NCBI GenBank assembly: GCA_964539135.1
Contig: CAZIFG010000002.1
Coordinates: 55,938-119,937, forward strand
Origin: an uncultured Rickettsiales bacterium
GTDB lineage: Bacteria; Margulisbacteria; Marinamargulisbacteria; GCA-2716485; CAZIFG01
Reading direction: 5' to 3'
DNA length: 64,000 nucleotides
Made by a program: the position numbers and the translations under genes. Positions 21,216 through 31,562 of the stretch are shown piece after piece. Within the stretch, counting starts at the first letter, position 1. Every line of letters begins with the position of its first letter. The notes beneath the pieces were generated by a model. It saw nothing but the letters and a program-made list of their open reading frames with translations, did not search any database and had not been told where the DNA came from.

Positions 21216-21359
21216 AAATTAACTCCTTTAGAATGTTAAATATAAATATGTTTATTTAAAAACATATATCTACAAAATACCCAATAAAAAAAAGATTTAA
21301 ACATCATTAAATAATATGTTTTAATGATAAAATAATAATTTTTTAGATAAAAGAGGTCT

Positions 21360-22187
21360 GTGATGTACGCCAAAATAATTGCGACGCCTGTATTTCAATG
21401 GCGGGATTTGGAGACGGGAGCCCCCTTAAGCAACCCCATTTGGACATCCTTTGCTTTAGAGGATTTAAAAAAAGAAACAGGCCAAGCAGATTTAGCGACT
21501 CAATTATTTAGGCAGCTGGAATCCAAGAGAAAAATAAGTGAAGAAAGTAAATTAGAGGGTGAAATTTTAAGCATTCGAAATAGAAGGGCGGAAGCTATTT
21601 TGGAAGAAACCTCAAAAGGCTTAATGGCGCGAATCACAGATCTTACTCTCGATATAGAGCATGGGCTTCAACTACCCGAGGTATTTTTATGCCCCATTTC
21701 AGCAGACCCCTTTGTGGACCCCATTTTAACACTCGAAGGCCAGACCTACAGTAAAGCATCATGGGCTCAATATGTGCAAAACGCCACGCCAAGTAATGGC
21801 GAAATATCAGATGTTTTTAGGACAAAAATCCCAGTGAGTGAGGGCTATTTTATATTTGCTAATAATTTAGTCTTGTACATGTGGACGGTGTTTTTAGAAA
21901 AAAGAACAGAAGCGCTATTTAACAGTTACAACCAGATAAAAGCCAAATCCCATCCTTTACACCACAGAAAAGAAGATCTTAAACAGGCCATGGGCCTTTT
22001 TATTCGCTGCCTACTCAATGTGTCTGGGCAAGAGGAGGGGGCCTACAATCCGGTTAGCGTTCAAAAAAGAGCCCTATCAGATTTTAAGAAAATGGGGGGG
22101 AATATAAAATTATTAAAAAAAGAATTCCAAAGGCATCCAGTGTTTCAGAGTAGATGGCGGCAGTTATTTGGGAGGTGTATGTTTTAA
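21360..22187 (+). CDS. U-box domain protein (eukaryotic-like E3 ubiquitin ligase candidate)
   Basis: LPEVFLCPISADPFVDPILTLEGQTYSKASW follows the U-box pattern P..FLCPI....M.DPV....G.TY; GAGG RBS. Confidence 0.72.
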   Translation: MMYAKIIATPVFQWRDLETGAPLSNPIWTSFALEDLKKETGQADLATQLFRQLESKRKISEESKLEGEILSIRNRRAEAILEETSKGLMARITDLTLDIEHGLQLPEVFLCPISADPFVDPILTLEGQTYSKASWAQYVQNATPSNGEISDVFRTKIPVSEGYFIFANNLVLYMWTVFLEKRTEALFNSYNQIKAKSHPLHHRKEDLKQAMGLFIRCLLNVSGQEEGAYNPVSVQKRALSDFKKMGGNIKLLKKEFQRHPVFQSRWRQLFGRCMF

Positions 22188-22382
22188 TACAAGTTTTCTC
22201 ATGATAGCATCAAAATTGTCGTTTGTAAGAACATGAACAGTTTGGCCCGATGAGAAAGTATTAGAAGGCGTAGTATCGGTAGAGAGAGTACCCGTAGTAG
22301 AACGGGGATCTTTAGGCGAAGCCACAGTATAACGGGGACTTTGAGGAGGAGATCCACTTACATTCAGCATACCCATACCCAT
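22164..22382 (-). CDS. Small Ser/Thr/Pro-rich orphan (72 aa)
   Basis: GGAGG RBS directly upstream; low-complexity sequence. Confidence 0.45.
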   Translation of the reverse strand: MGMGMLNVSGSPPQSPRYTVASPKDPRSTTGTLSTDTTPSNTFSSGQTVHVLTNDNFDAIMRKLVLKHTPPK

Positions 22383-22453
22383 TCCCCCTCCTTTTATTTA
22401 AAGTCTTAGAGGGTATATTCCCATTTTTTAATAAAAATAAACATTAAAAAATA

Positions 22454-23191
22454 TCAAAAATAAAGTTGAGTTTGAGAATCTATAAATCCAAGTTGATAAA
22501 ACAAGGCACTGGGCGAAAAAGGCGTCGCATAGCCTTCGTAATTTCCAACGGGTTTAGGCAGCATAAGATCGACTAAGGGCAAGGGAATAGGGCGTTCCAA
22601 TTCTTGAGTCAGCCCCAGTAGGACGATGATTTGGGCCGGCGTAAGCTGTGCTTCCAAGTCAGAGGGCCCCGTTAAGTTTTCGGTGGAAAGTCGCAGGTCT
22701 GGCGGGAAAATTTGCAGAAGATAATCCGGAACCGTATGGAGCATTTGAGGATCCTCATCATAAATGGCATAAAGACGTGTCAATACAGGGGTAAGGGCAT
22801 CGACAGAAAATAAAGTAATGGCCGTTTGCGCGGATTCAGGATGAACAGCCTTAGAAACAGCGGCGTAGCGCTGGGAAAAAAGGGAGAGGGGAATAGGTTT
22901 AGCGTTGCCGATGCGGTTCATCAGTGGAATGCTTAAGCCATGCGAATCTCCGGGATAAATATGAGGGTCTTCGTAGCTTAAAGTGGCGCGTAAAAATTCA
23001 AAGGCCAGCTTGACTTGCATGCCTTCAGGGGTAAGCGATTCGATAGATTCTACTTTAGACGATAAAGGGGAAAGCGTTCCTCTACTCCCTGTAGATGTCG
23101 AACTTAAGCTACAGGCAATGAGAAAAGATAAGGCAAGAGAGAGGGCAAAAATGCCACCAAATTTAAAGGCAGTGGGTATACGTCTAAACAT
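22454..23191 (-). CDS. Hypothetical lipoprotein
   Basis: GGAG RBS before ATG at 23191; signal peptide with LIA-C lipobox. Confidence 0.55.
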   Translation of the reverse strand: MFRRIPTAFKFGGIFALSLALSFLIACSLSSTSTGSRGTLSPLSSKVESIESLTPEGMQVKLAFEFLRATLSYEDPHIYPGDSHGLSIPLMNRIGNAKPIPLSLFSQRYAAVSKAVHPESAQTAITLFSVDALTPVLTRLYAIYDEDPQMLHTVPDYLLQIFPPDLRLSTENLTGPSDLEAQLTPAQIIVLLGLTQELERPIPLPLVDLMLPKPVGNYEGYATPFSPSALFYQLGFIDSQTQLYF

Positions 23192-23305
23192 GTTAATCTC
23201 CAAAAATAAGATGTTATGTGTTGATGATTTTAAGGACATCAAGATAAACTCAAAGAAGGAGTACCCACTTTATAGCAGTTCAAACATTGGGATTGGTTTT
23301 ATGAT

Positions 23306-23650
23306 TTATTTTTTCGTTTGGAGACTGATCTTAAGGGCATGTTTCATAAGTCTAGAAAGGGTATCCCCATCTTCAAAGAGAGATTCGGGAATACGGGTGT
23401 AAGCCAAGCTCATGAGTTTGCCCTTTTGGGTATAGGTAAAACGTTCTGTTTCAATGTTGCGATAGAGCGCCGCTGATTGGGCATCCTGAGCCCCTATTTT
23501 AAAATAAAGGGAATCGTCTGCAATGAGGGCAAACACAACACCGTGTTGGTAAACAGCCCAGCCCCCAAACATGGGCCTACTGGTGATGCCGTCGCATTCA
23601 GCAAAAACATCATGAATAATATAATTATAAAAACCTGTGTCTTTGGCCAT
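23306..23650 (-). CDS. TfoX/Sxy N-terminal domain protein
   Basis: RPMFGGWAVY..GVVFALIADDSLYFK motif. Confidence 0.85.
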   Translation of the reverse strand: MAKDTGFYNYIIHDVFAECDGITSRPMFGGWAVYQHGVVFALIADDSLYFKIGAQDAQSAALYRNIETERFTYTQKGKLMSLAYTRIPESLFEDGDTLSRLMKHALKISLQTKK

Positions 23651-23657
23651 TTAAAGA

Positions 23658-24251
23658 CTAATCATCATCAATTAAGCGGTGATCCGGAATCACCCACATC
23701 AGCGCCGCCAAAACAATGATGAGGTAAGAGATATAAGGGCTAACAAAGGCAAGGCCTAAGGAGGCAAGATAAAATAGTTGAGAAAAAATGCCTTTGGTAT
23801 CGTTTTTGCCAATAATTTTAGCAATGGTAGAAGTAGGATTTGTTTTAATGATCATTTTGGTTAAGACATAATAGGCAGATCCTGCCATCAAACAAATGAA
23901 ACTATAAAATACAACCGGCCAGGTTTGAGTATAATTATCCCCCATCCACAGCGTCGCCACAGGAATGAGAGAGAGCCAAAACAACAGATGCATATTGGCC
24001 CACATGACAGAGGGGCTAATATGATGCGTGGCCTTGAGTAAATGATGGTGGTTATTCCAATAAATGGCCAAAATAGCAAAGCTAAGTGCATAGGCAAGGA
24101 GTGTGGGGATAACAGGGGCCCAGGCAACCAAGGTAGCTTCATGGGGCGGTTTGATTTCTAAAATCATAATGGTGATTAAGATGGCAATGACACCATCACT
24201 GAAAGCTTCAAGTCGGGAAGGGGCCAGTTTATGGAGTTTGGAATCAGGCAT
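23658..24251 (-). CDS. TMEM175 family (DUF1211) K+ channel
   Basis: RLEAFSDGVIAILITIMILE, YWNNHHH and SLIP motifs. Confidence 0.9.
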   Translation of the reverse strand: MPDSKLHKLAPSRLEAFSDGVIAILITIMILEIKPPHEATLVAWAPVIPTLLAYALSFAILAIYWNNHHHLLKATHHISPSVMWANMHLLFWLSLIPVATLWMGDNYTQTWPVVFYSFICLMAGSAYYVLTKMIIKTNPTSTIAKIIGKNDTKGIFSQLFYLASLGLAFVSPYISYLIIVLAALMWVIPDHRLIDDD

Positions 24252-24254
24252 AAA

Positions 24255-24653
24255 TTATCGGTTTAAATAGGTAATACTCAGTTGTAAGACAGTGGCAAAA
24301 CAAACCCAAATCAGATAGGGAATATTAACCCAAGTGACCCATTTTAAGTGAGGATAAATGGTCCATAAGGCCCACAAAAGGGTGGCTAAAATCAGAAGAA
24401 TATCAATAGAGGCAAGGGCATTGTTTTTAAGGCCAAATTGCAAAGGAGTAAAGGCAATATTAAACAGCAAATTGAGGACAAAAGGAAGGGCAATGAGGGG
24501 CGGAAGTTTCCGCGTGGCCACCTGATAAAAAACAGTGCCATAGGATAAAAAAATAACAGCATAAAGAAGGGTCCAAACAGGGCCAAAGACCCAAGACGGT
24601 GGCGCAAAAGCGGGTTTTACAAGTTGAGCATACCATGCGTAACTGTTGGACAT
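24255..24653 (-). CDS. tspO: TspO/MBR family protein
   Basis: WY..L.KP.FAPP.WVFGPVWT.LY and PYL.WV.FA..L motifs; AAGGAG RBS. Confidence 0.88.
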   Translation of the reverse strand: MSNSYAWYAQLVKPAFAPPSWVFGPVWTLLYAVIFLSYGTVFYQVATRKLPPLIALPFVLNLLFNIAFTPLQFGLKNNALASIDILLILATLLWALWTIYPHLKWVTWVNIPYLIWVCFATVLQLSITYLNR

Positions 24654-24747
24654 AAAAAAACTCCTTGAATGCAATCAAGTATACTATAAATAGGCGTACA
24701 AAAAAAAGGGCATATGTTAGAATGAGACCCAGAAGCAGGTGAAAGAG

Positions 24748-26109
24748 ATGAAACTGACATTTTTAGGGGCCGCCAAAACAGTGACAGGGTCCAAGTATTT
24801 AATAGAGCATGACACACAGCGTATTTTGATTGATTGTGGCTTATTTCAAGGCCATAAAGAGCTGAGGCTTCGAAATTGGGCACCGTTTCCAATAGATCCC
24901 AGATCCATTGACAGTATCCTATTGACGCATGCCCATTTGGATCACAGCGGTTATTTGCCGCTTCTGGTCAAAAATGGGTTTAAAGGGCCTATTTTTTGTA
25001 CAAAAGCAACAGCAGAGCTCTGTCGTATTTTATTGCCAGACTCGGGTCACATTCAAGAAGAAGATGCCAGACGTGCCAACAAATATCATTATAGTAAACA
25101 TAAAAAAGCCTTGCCCTTATATACAGAGGAAGAGGCGCTAAAACCCTTAGAGTACATGGTTCCCATAGACTTCAATAGAGAAGTGGAAGTGGCACCCAAT
25201 TTGAAAGCCACCTTTCACCGTGCCGGCCACATTTTAGGCGCCGCAAGTATAGAACTCAGAGATCCGGTAAGCTCTGTGCTGTTTTCAGGCGATATTGGAC
25301 GACTCCAAGATCCCATTTTGAAGGCGCCAGAACAAATACCAGAAACAGACTATCTCATATTGGAATCGACCTACGGGGACAGACTTCATACGACGGAGGA
25401 TCCTTTAAGCCTTTTGGAAGCGGTGATTCAATCGACACTCAAAAAAGGGGGGTCCGTTTTGGTGCCAGCCTTTGCGGTGGGGCGAGCTCAAACCGTGTTG
25501 TACTACATTCAGCAGCTTAAAAAAGAAAAACGCATTCCAGCGGATTTCCCTATTTTTTTAAACAGTCCCATGGCCTTAAATGCGACGGCGTTACTTTGCC
25601 AGCATTTGGACGAACTTCGACTCCATGCGTCTGCCTGTAAAGCGGCCTGTAATGCCGCCACTTATGTGCGAACAGCCGTCGATTCCATGGCCTTGATGGC
25701 GCTGACAATTCCAAAACTGGTGATTGCTGCCAGTGGGATGGCAACAGGCGGACGTGTGCTCCGGCATTTACAGGACATGTTGCCAGACGATCGCAACACC
25801 ATCTTATTCGCAGGCTTTCAATCAGGGGGTACAAGGGGAGATCGTTTGGTAAGAGGGGAAAAAGAAATTAAAATATTCGGAAAAATGATTCCGGTGCGTG
25901 CCCGAATTGAAAACATCGGAAGTTTATCGGCACATGCGGATTATAAGGAGCTGTTAACCTGGGTGGGCAACCGAAAAACGGCGCCTAAGAAGGTATTTCT
26001 GACCCATGGAGAGGAAGAATCGGCCATTGAATTGGCACGAAAAATCAAAAAACAATACCGTTGGAAGACCAAAGTGCCTATCTATTTAGATACGGTGGAC
26101 CTAATTTAG
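24748..26109 (+). CDS. MBL-fold beta-CASP ribonuclease (YSH1/CPSF3-like)
   Basis: GAAKTVTGS, THAHLDHSG, ESTYG, FAVGRAQ, SAHAD and THGE motifs. Confidence 0.92.
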   Translation: MKLTFLGAAKTVTGSKYLIEHDTQRILIDCGLFQGHKELRLRNWAPFPIDPRSIDSILLTHAHLDHSGYLPLLVKNGFKGPIFCTKATAELCRILLPDSGHIQEEDARRANKYHYSKHKKALPLYTEEEALKPLEYMVPIDFNREVEVAPNLKATFHRAGHILGAASIELRDPVSSVLFSGDIGRLQDPILKAPEQIPETDYLILESTYGDRLHTTEDPLSLLEAVIQSTLKKGGSVLVPAFAVGRAQTVLYYIQQLKKEKRIPADFPIFLNSPMALNATALLCQHLDELRLHASACKAACNAATYVRTAVDSMALMALTIPKLVIAASGMATGGRVLRHLQDMLPDDRNTILFAGFQSGGTRGDRLVRGEKEIKIFGKMIPVRARIENIGSLSAHADYKELLTWVGNRKTAPKKVFLTHGEEESAIELARKIKKQYRWKTKVPIYLDTVDLI

Positions 26110-26121
26110 AGGAGAAAGGGG

Positions 26122-27294
26122 ATGCTGCGTCATCAGGCGAAAGGAATAGGACTCAGCATACTCAGTGGACTTTTAGCCGGCGGAGCCGCCACTCTTTTTT
26201 TAGTGGGTCTGGAGTGGGTCACAACCATACGAACCGCGCATTTAGGCATCATTTGGCTATTACCTATAGCCGGTTTTGGTATTGGCTGGGCCTTTCATCA
26301 CTATGGAAAATCAGTTGCCGGGGGCAGCGCGCTGATTATCGACGAAATTAATGAGCCTAAAAAGATCGTGCCCATTCATATGGCGCCTTTTGTACTGGTG
26401 GGGACCTGGATCACGCATTTGTTTGGCGGTTCTGCCGGCAGAGAAGGAACCTCAGTGCAAATGGGTGCGTCTTTGTCGGATCAGCTTTCCAAGCGATGGA
26501 ATCTCTCCCCAGAAGAGCGAAAACGTTTACTAATGGCAGGCGCGGGCGCAGGGTTTGGGGCCGCCATTGGCACACCTTTAGCAGGGGCTATTTTTGGCAT
26601 CGAAGTGGTCTATAAAAGAAAAGTGAGCCTCATGGCCCTATGCCAGTGTCTAATAGCTTCTTTTGTAGCGACCTATTTCACACGATTTTTAGGCGCGCCC
26701 CATACTGTGTATCCTCAATTTGAATGTCCCAATCTCACACTTAACAGTTTGGTATATGTGGGCCTAGCAGGCGTTGTATTTGGTCTAGTGGCGCGTTTTT
26801 TTATAAAAGGGGTTCACGTCATAGAAGGGGGGCTCAAGCGCCTCATTGCGTATCCTCCCTTTCGACCTGTTTTGGGTGGGACGCTCGTGGTCATCGGATT
26901 TTATGTGGAAAAATCCTATCGATATGCAGGGCTTGGACTGACTGTAATCCAAGAGGCCTTTCATGTGCCCGCTCATATTGACGAGCCCCTATATAAGGCC
27001 CTATTCACAGCAATGACAGTAGGGTCAGGATTTAAAGGGGGGGAGTTCATTCCTCTGGTATTTATAGGTACCACATTAGGTAGCGCCTTAAGCGAGATAT
27101 TGCCAGTATCCTTTCAAGTTTTGGCAGTGTCTGGGTTTGCCGCCGTATTTGGGGCGGCCTCTAAAACCCCTCTTGCCTGTTCCGTCATGGCCATAGAATT
27201 ATTTGGGCTTGAAGTTGGACCTTACGTAGCGCTTGCCTGTTATGTGGCCTATTATTTTGCGGGCAAGCACAGTATCTATAAAAAAGGTCATTAG
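26122..27294 (+). CDS. CLC channel/antiporter, CLC-F (fluoride exporter)-like clade
   Basis: [18 protein letters not shown] and ..PLAC..MAIELFG motifs; short form without CBS domains. Confidence 0.82.
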   Translation: MLRHQAKGIGLSILSGLLAGGAATLFLVGLEWVTTIRTAHLGIIWLLPIAGFGIGWAFHHYGKSVAGGSALIIDEINEPKKIVPIHMAPFVLVGTWITHLFGGSAGREGTSVQMGASLSDQLSKRWNLSPEERKRLLMAGAGAGFGAAIGTPLAGAIFGIEVVYKRKVSLMALCQCLIASFVATYFTRFLGAPHTVYPQFECPNLTLNSLVYVGLAGVVFGLVARFFIKGVHVIEGGLKRLIAYPPFRPVLGGTLVVIGFYVEKSYRYAGLGLTVIQEAFHVPAHIDEPLYKALFTAMTVGSGFKGGEFIPLVFIGTTLGSALSEILPVSFQVLAVSGFAAVFGAASKTPLACSVMAIELFGLEVGPYVALACYVAYYFAGKHSIYKKGH

Positions 27295-28148
27295 CGTTTA
27301 GAACCCAGATCTTGAGCCATCTGTTTAAGCGCATCAATCCGATTTTGAGTATTGGGATGCGTTGAAAATAGAGAATCCATACGGCGTGCATGGAGCGGGT
27401 TAATGATAAACATGTGCGCTGTAGCAGGATTAGATTCTGCAATGGGGTTATCAATGCGTTTTGCGGTATGTTCAAGCTTAGATAGGGCATTCGCCAAGGA
27501 TAAGGGGGCTCCAGAAATTTCAGAAGCAGTGCGGTCTGCGGCATATTCTCGGGTGCGGGAAATGGCCATTTGGACTAACATGGCAGCCAGCGGCGCTAAT
27601 AACATAACCAGAAAACCAACCAGAGGAGAGGATGAACCGCCTTCTTCATCATTAGAATGTCGCCCCCCAAAGAAAACAGCAAAATGAGCAAGAGAGGAGA
27701 TGCCGCCTGCAATGGTGGCTGTAATCGTCATGATTAAGGTATCACTATTTTTAATATGCGCCAGTTCATGCGCAATAACGCCAGCGAGTTCCTCATCTGA
27801 AAGTAAAGAGACAAGCCCCGTGTTAACAGCAACAGCCGCATGTTGAGGGTTTCGACCCGTGGCAAAGGCATTGGGCTGAGGACTGTCGATGATATAAACT
27901 TTGGGCATAGGTAGGGAAGCGCGTTTCGCCAATCGGAGCGTCATGTCATAGATAGGCCCATCGTAAAGGGGCTTCGCGCCATACATTTTAAGGACAATTT
28001 TATCAGAAAACCAATAGGATCCTAGGTTCATGACAGTGGCTAAAAGAAGGGCGATAATCATGCCCATTTGGCCTGAAATAAGCAGCCCGATAACCCCAAA
28101 AAGAGCGGTTAAAGCGGCGATTAACATAAACGTTTTGAATGTATTCAT
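27291..28148 (-). CDS. htpX: Zinc metalloprotease HtpX
   Basis: [24 protein letters not shown] and FSTHP motifs. Confidence 0.95.
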   Translation of the reverse strand: MNTFKTFMLIAALTALFGVIGLLISGQMGMIIALLLATVMNLGSYWFSDKIVLKMYGAKPLYDGPIYDMTLRLAKRASLPMPKVYIIDSPQPNAFATGRNPQHAAVAVNTGLVSLLSDEELAGVIAHELAHIKNSDTLIMTITATIAGGISSLAHFAVFFGGRHSNDEEGGSSSPLVGFLVMLLAPLAAMLVQMAISRTREYAADRTASEISGAPLSLANALSKLEHTAKRIDNPIAESNPATAHMFIINPLHARRMDSLFSTHPNTQNRIDALKQMAQDLGSKR

Positions 28149-28208
28149 GCGAGTCCTCCCGTATGTTTAGAGTCGTATCAAAATCATGCAAATGGGTATA
28201 TATATCAT

Positions 28209-29324
28209 TTATGGGAGGTAACTGTCAAAATAGATGCGATGGCAGGTGTACCCGTTGGGATGTTTTTGCAGATAATCTTGATGATAGTCTTCTGCTGGAT
28301 AAAACCGTTGGAGGGGTTCTAGCGTGGTCACCACCGGGTTTGTCCAGCGTTTGGACGCATTTACAATATCAATAAAGCGTTCGGCTTCTTTTTTTTCTGA
28401 CGCTGTGGCATAAAAAATGGCCGATCGATACGAAGTGCCGCGGTCATTGCCTTGTTGGTTTAAGGTTGTGGGGTTGTGAATTTGAAAGAAGAAATCCAAG
28501 AGTTTGGTATAAGACGTGATAGCGGGATCATAGGTAATTTCAACCGCTTCCGCGTGGCCTCGATGATTTTCATAGGTCGGATTTGGGGCCTCTCCGCCTG
28601 TGTAGCCCACACGGGTATCCAGAACACCTGGCTGTTTGCGAACCAAGTCTTCCATGCCCCAAAAACAACCGCCGGCGAGTACTATTTTTTGTGTCATGGG
28701 AGTGTCTCCTTTTATGGGTTTTTCAGGTTTAGGACTGTCTGTTAATTCAATGAGGACTTCGTTCCGCATCATCCAAGGCGGCGTCCAGGGGGGATTATAG
28801 CCAGCGTAGGCAGTAATGCCGGTCCTAGAAATGCCTTCATGGGTGAGTTTGGAGACGAGTGTATCGCGCATGCGTTTGACACGTGCGTCAGATCGGTATC
28901 CCGAAAACCGTATAACGGCATATGTTTTGGCCGGAATGGTGACGAGGTTGACTTGGGAATCCGTAGGAGATGGCAGTGTTTCCATAGAGTAAGCACGAGG
29001 CATGCCAAAAGAGAGGGTTTGGGTTTGATCGTCCGTAGTGACAAGAACAGGTGCCGTCATCGCGATGCTTTCTTTTTTAGCATTTCCGCCAAAAATATAA
29101 CCAGCAACAGTCATAAACCCGTTGCGCATGGCCTGATCTGGAGAACCCTGCGTGTGTGTTTGCGCGACGATATGTTCAGGATAATGCCGAATTTCGTAGC
29201 CATTTCCTGTTTTGATGACAGTATAGTCTGCTTGTTCCACACGAGATCCCCAAAATCCCCAAAGGGACCAGAGTAAGGCAATAATGACAAGCGCAATAAG
29301 GGTATAAATCATCGGTTTAGACAT
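28209..29324 (-). CDS. msrA: SOUL heme-binding domain fused in frame to peptide methionine sulfoxide reductase MsrA
   Basis: [38 protein letters not shown]; Msr[23 protein letters not shown]. Confidence 0.9.
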   Translation of the reverse strand: MSKPMIYTLIALVIIALLWSLWGFWGSRVEQADYTVIKTGNGYEIRHYPEHIVAQTHTQGSPDQAMRNGFMTVAGYIFGGNAKKESIAMTAPVLVTTDDQTQTLSFGMPRAYSMETLPSPTDSQVNLVTIPAKTYAVIRFSGYRSDARVKRMRDTLVSKLTHEGISRTGITAYAGYNPPWTPPWMMRNEVLIELTDSPKPEKPIKGDTPMTQKIVLAGGCFWGMEDLVRKQPGVLDTRVGYTGGEAPNPTYENHRGHAEAVEITYDPAITSYTKLLDFFFQIHNPTTLNQQGNDRGTSYRSAIFYATASEKKEAERFIDIVNASKRWTNPVVTTLEPLQRFYPAEDYHQDYLQKHPNGYTCHRIYFDSYLP

Positions 29325-29509
29325 GGGGTAAAAAAATCATAAGGTTCAAACGGTGCTCCATAAAAGAAAAAATGGGGACAGGGTTAAAAGAAGTGGAGGT
29401 ACACTTTTCTCAAGCCGTCCAGAACTCATAATATCATAAAAATAGGAGACTCTCTAGGGCGTGGGGGTCGTATTGCGTGAGCGACTTGATAAAAAGTGGG
29501 ATCCAAAGT

Positions 29510-29646
29510 GGGACTGTTGCGAAACGCCTACGTTTGGATCATATGCAAGGCATTCAGAGTCCGAAAGCCCTTATTTGTAATGAATGAGGACTTGAGGACC
29601 AGGATAACACAGCAGACAGCCAAAATAGGCGTTTCGCAACAGTCCC
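29510..29646 (+). mobile_element. MITE copy 1 (137 bp), TSD AAAGT
   Basis: TIR GGGACTGTTGCGAAACGCCTA ... TAGGCGTTTCGCAACAGTCCC; AAAGT on both flanks. Confidence 0.88.
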
Positions 29647-29711
29647 AAAGTTTAAAAAAAGCCTAAAAAGGGGAATAAACGACTTAATATATAGGGTGGG
29701 GGGGGCAATTC

Positions 29712-30869
29712 ATGCCTGCGAAAAAAATTTTAAGTGTAAGCCCAAGAGGAGACTTAGAGATAGATGCGACATTCATTTCAGAACCTACGGATGGATCATC
29801 TGAAGCTCTCATGACGTATTGCGCCAATCTAATAAGGCAGCACCAGAGTCTTTCTTCACAAGACCTTCCTTCAAAAGAGCAGGAATTAAAGCTGCATATT
29901 AATGAATTAAAAATTTTAAGCGTATTAGATAGAGATGAAATCGGTAAGGAAGCATTGGAGCGCCTAAAAGAAATGGCAAGGGGAAAAGCAAAAAAATTGA
30001 TAGAAAATATTGAAAAGATACGAGATGCCTATAAGGAAATGGACAAAGACGAAGACGAAGAGGGAAAATATTTTATAGGTACGAGTCCTGATTTTGAATT
30101 TGAAGAGCTCAAACAACGCACTTTAGTCATACATTATTATCATGCAAAAGAAATAGGTGTCGAAAAGAACGATGCTATCTTAGCAGCACTGTGGGGTAAT
30201 CCAATAGGTCGGGTTTTAGATCAAGAGGCTTTAGCTCGAACCTTATGCCTCTTTCCTATAGAGATAGGGCTATTATTAAATCGAGAAAATAAAATAATCA
30301 GTTTTGGAATAGGTGAAAGCAATAATGTAGAGATGGAAGAATGGAGTGGATTAGGGGGGGGATTACGAGATGCTACGTTTGTCCATAATCATCCTGAGGG
30401 GTCGCCTTTATCTGTTGCGGATATTGTATTTTGTATCAATAGAAATGTGGGTAAAGTTCATGCGGTAGGGCTTCATAAAAAGGATGCCGAGATACAGTGT
30501 GAATTAAGAACGTATCAAGCTCGCATCAAGTATAGAGATGAGGAAAATGCGACAGAAGCCATGAAAGCGATTGGGTGCTTTGTTGCAGAGGATGGAGTAG
30601 TTTTGCCAACTCAATTTTTCGGGCAGAGTATTGTATCTGAGAATGAAACCTTAGCGGCTAAAATAAAAACATTAGAAGACTTAGACATGATTGATACCTT
30701 GGGAACCAATCCATCGACATTTGAATTGGATAAGGAAAACTTATATGAAGAGTTGCGTGACAATAAACATAATTTTTTAACAGATGGCGTCGCAGAAGAA
30801 GATTTAGATCATATTCAACGTATCGTGTGCGAGTACTTAGAAAGACTCCCTGATAAAGATGAGCCTTAA
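29712..30869 (+). CDS. Orphan protein with JAB/MPN-like HNHP..S..D motif
   Basis: TFVHNHPEGSPLSVAD with upstream IEIGLLL Glu; acidic, helical N-terminus. Confidence 0.55.
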   Translation: MPAKKILSVSPRGDLEIDATFISEPTDGSSEALMTYCANLIRQHQSLSSQDLPSKEQELKLHINELKILSVLDRDEIGKEALERLKEMARGKAKKLIENIEKIRDAYKEMDKDEDEEGKYFIGTSPDFEFEELKQRTLVIHYYHAKEIGVEKNDAILAALWGNPIGRVLDQEALARTLCLFPIEIGLLLNRENKIISFGIGESNNVEMEEWSGLGGGLRDATFVHNHPEGSPLSVADIVFCINRNVGKVHAVGLHKKDAEIQCELRTYQARIKYRDEENATEAMKAIGCFVAEDGVVLPTQFFGQSIVSENETLAAKIKTLEDLDMIDTLGTNPSTFELDKENLYEELRDNKHNFLTDGVAEEDLDHIQRIVCEYLERLPDKDEP

Positions 30870-31318
30870 GAAAAGGCGTTTACAAGCGCTCGCGTTAAGT
30901 CGCTGGGTTGAGCCTTTAGATTTTTTTGCGCCAATTCTAAAGGTGTCAGGTTTGAGGCATTTAGAAGTAAAGGCGCCTTTCTGTTACGCAATGCTTCAAT
31001 CGCATAGGGCCATTTGAAAATAACAGCCATATGTAAAGCGGTATTGTTTCGAGGGGGGATTTGATGATTAAGCTCTATATAATCCAGTAAATAAGAAAAA
31101 ATAGAGAGGGATTTGTAACAAATCGCGACATCAATAGGCCTTAAGCCATCAGAAGGGGTATGAAGAATCTTTAAAAAATCTGAAGGAAAGTGAGCGTTTT
31201 GAAAGGTAATAATAGAGTCCAGTTGATTATTCCTAATCCAGTAAGAAAATCGAGCAGAAAAATCAGAGATTTTTTCCGAAGGAATAGCGATTTGTTTAAG
31301 TTGAATCATGGGAAGCAT
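30866..31318 (-). CDS. Ankyrin repeat protein
   Basis: DGLRPIDVA, NNTALHMAV and NLTPLELA ankyrin motifs. Confidence 0.75.
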   Translation of the reverse strand: MLPMIQLKQIAIPSEKISDFSARFSYWIRNNQLDSIITFQNAHFPSDFLKILHTPSDGLRPIDVAICYKSLSIFSYLLDYIELNHQIPPRNNTALHMAVIFKWPYAIEALRNRKAPLLLNASNLTPLELAQKNLKAQPSDLTRALVNAFS

Positions 31319-31334
31319 CCTAATAAAGGCAACC

Positions 31335-31424
31335 TGGCGGAAAGGGTGGGATTCGAACCCACGGTAGAGTTGCCCCTACACACGCTTTCCAAGCGTGCTC
31401 CTTAAGCCACTCGGACACCTTTCC
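31335..31424 (-). tRNA. tRNA-Ser (anticodon GGA)
   Basis: Reverse strand GGAAAGGTGTCCGAGTGG...CACGCTTGGAAAGCGTG...long variable arm...GGTTCGAATCC...TTTCCGCCA with encoded CCA. Confidence 0.97.
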
Positions 31425-31562
31425 AGTGCCCAGAATGATCTCATAAATGGGTAAAAATTTCAATGAAGCTTTAAGTCAGGAAGGAGGCTAAATATAAAAA
31501 AATGAAATTAAATACAAAAATAATCGAATATACACTATAAAAAGAAAAATTGGAGAGGTATC

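Noticed and set aside
22983-23402. 139 aa plus-strand ORF
   Set aside because: Antisense to two well-supported minus-strand genes; a shadow ORF.
31190-31405. 71 aa ORF across tRNA-Ser
   Set aside because: Antisense translation of the tRNA and ankyrin gene.
29647-31424. Integrative element at tRNA-Ser
   Set aside because: No duplication of the tRNA 3' end (att site) was found and no integrase is present.
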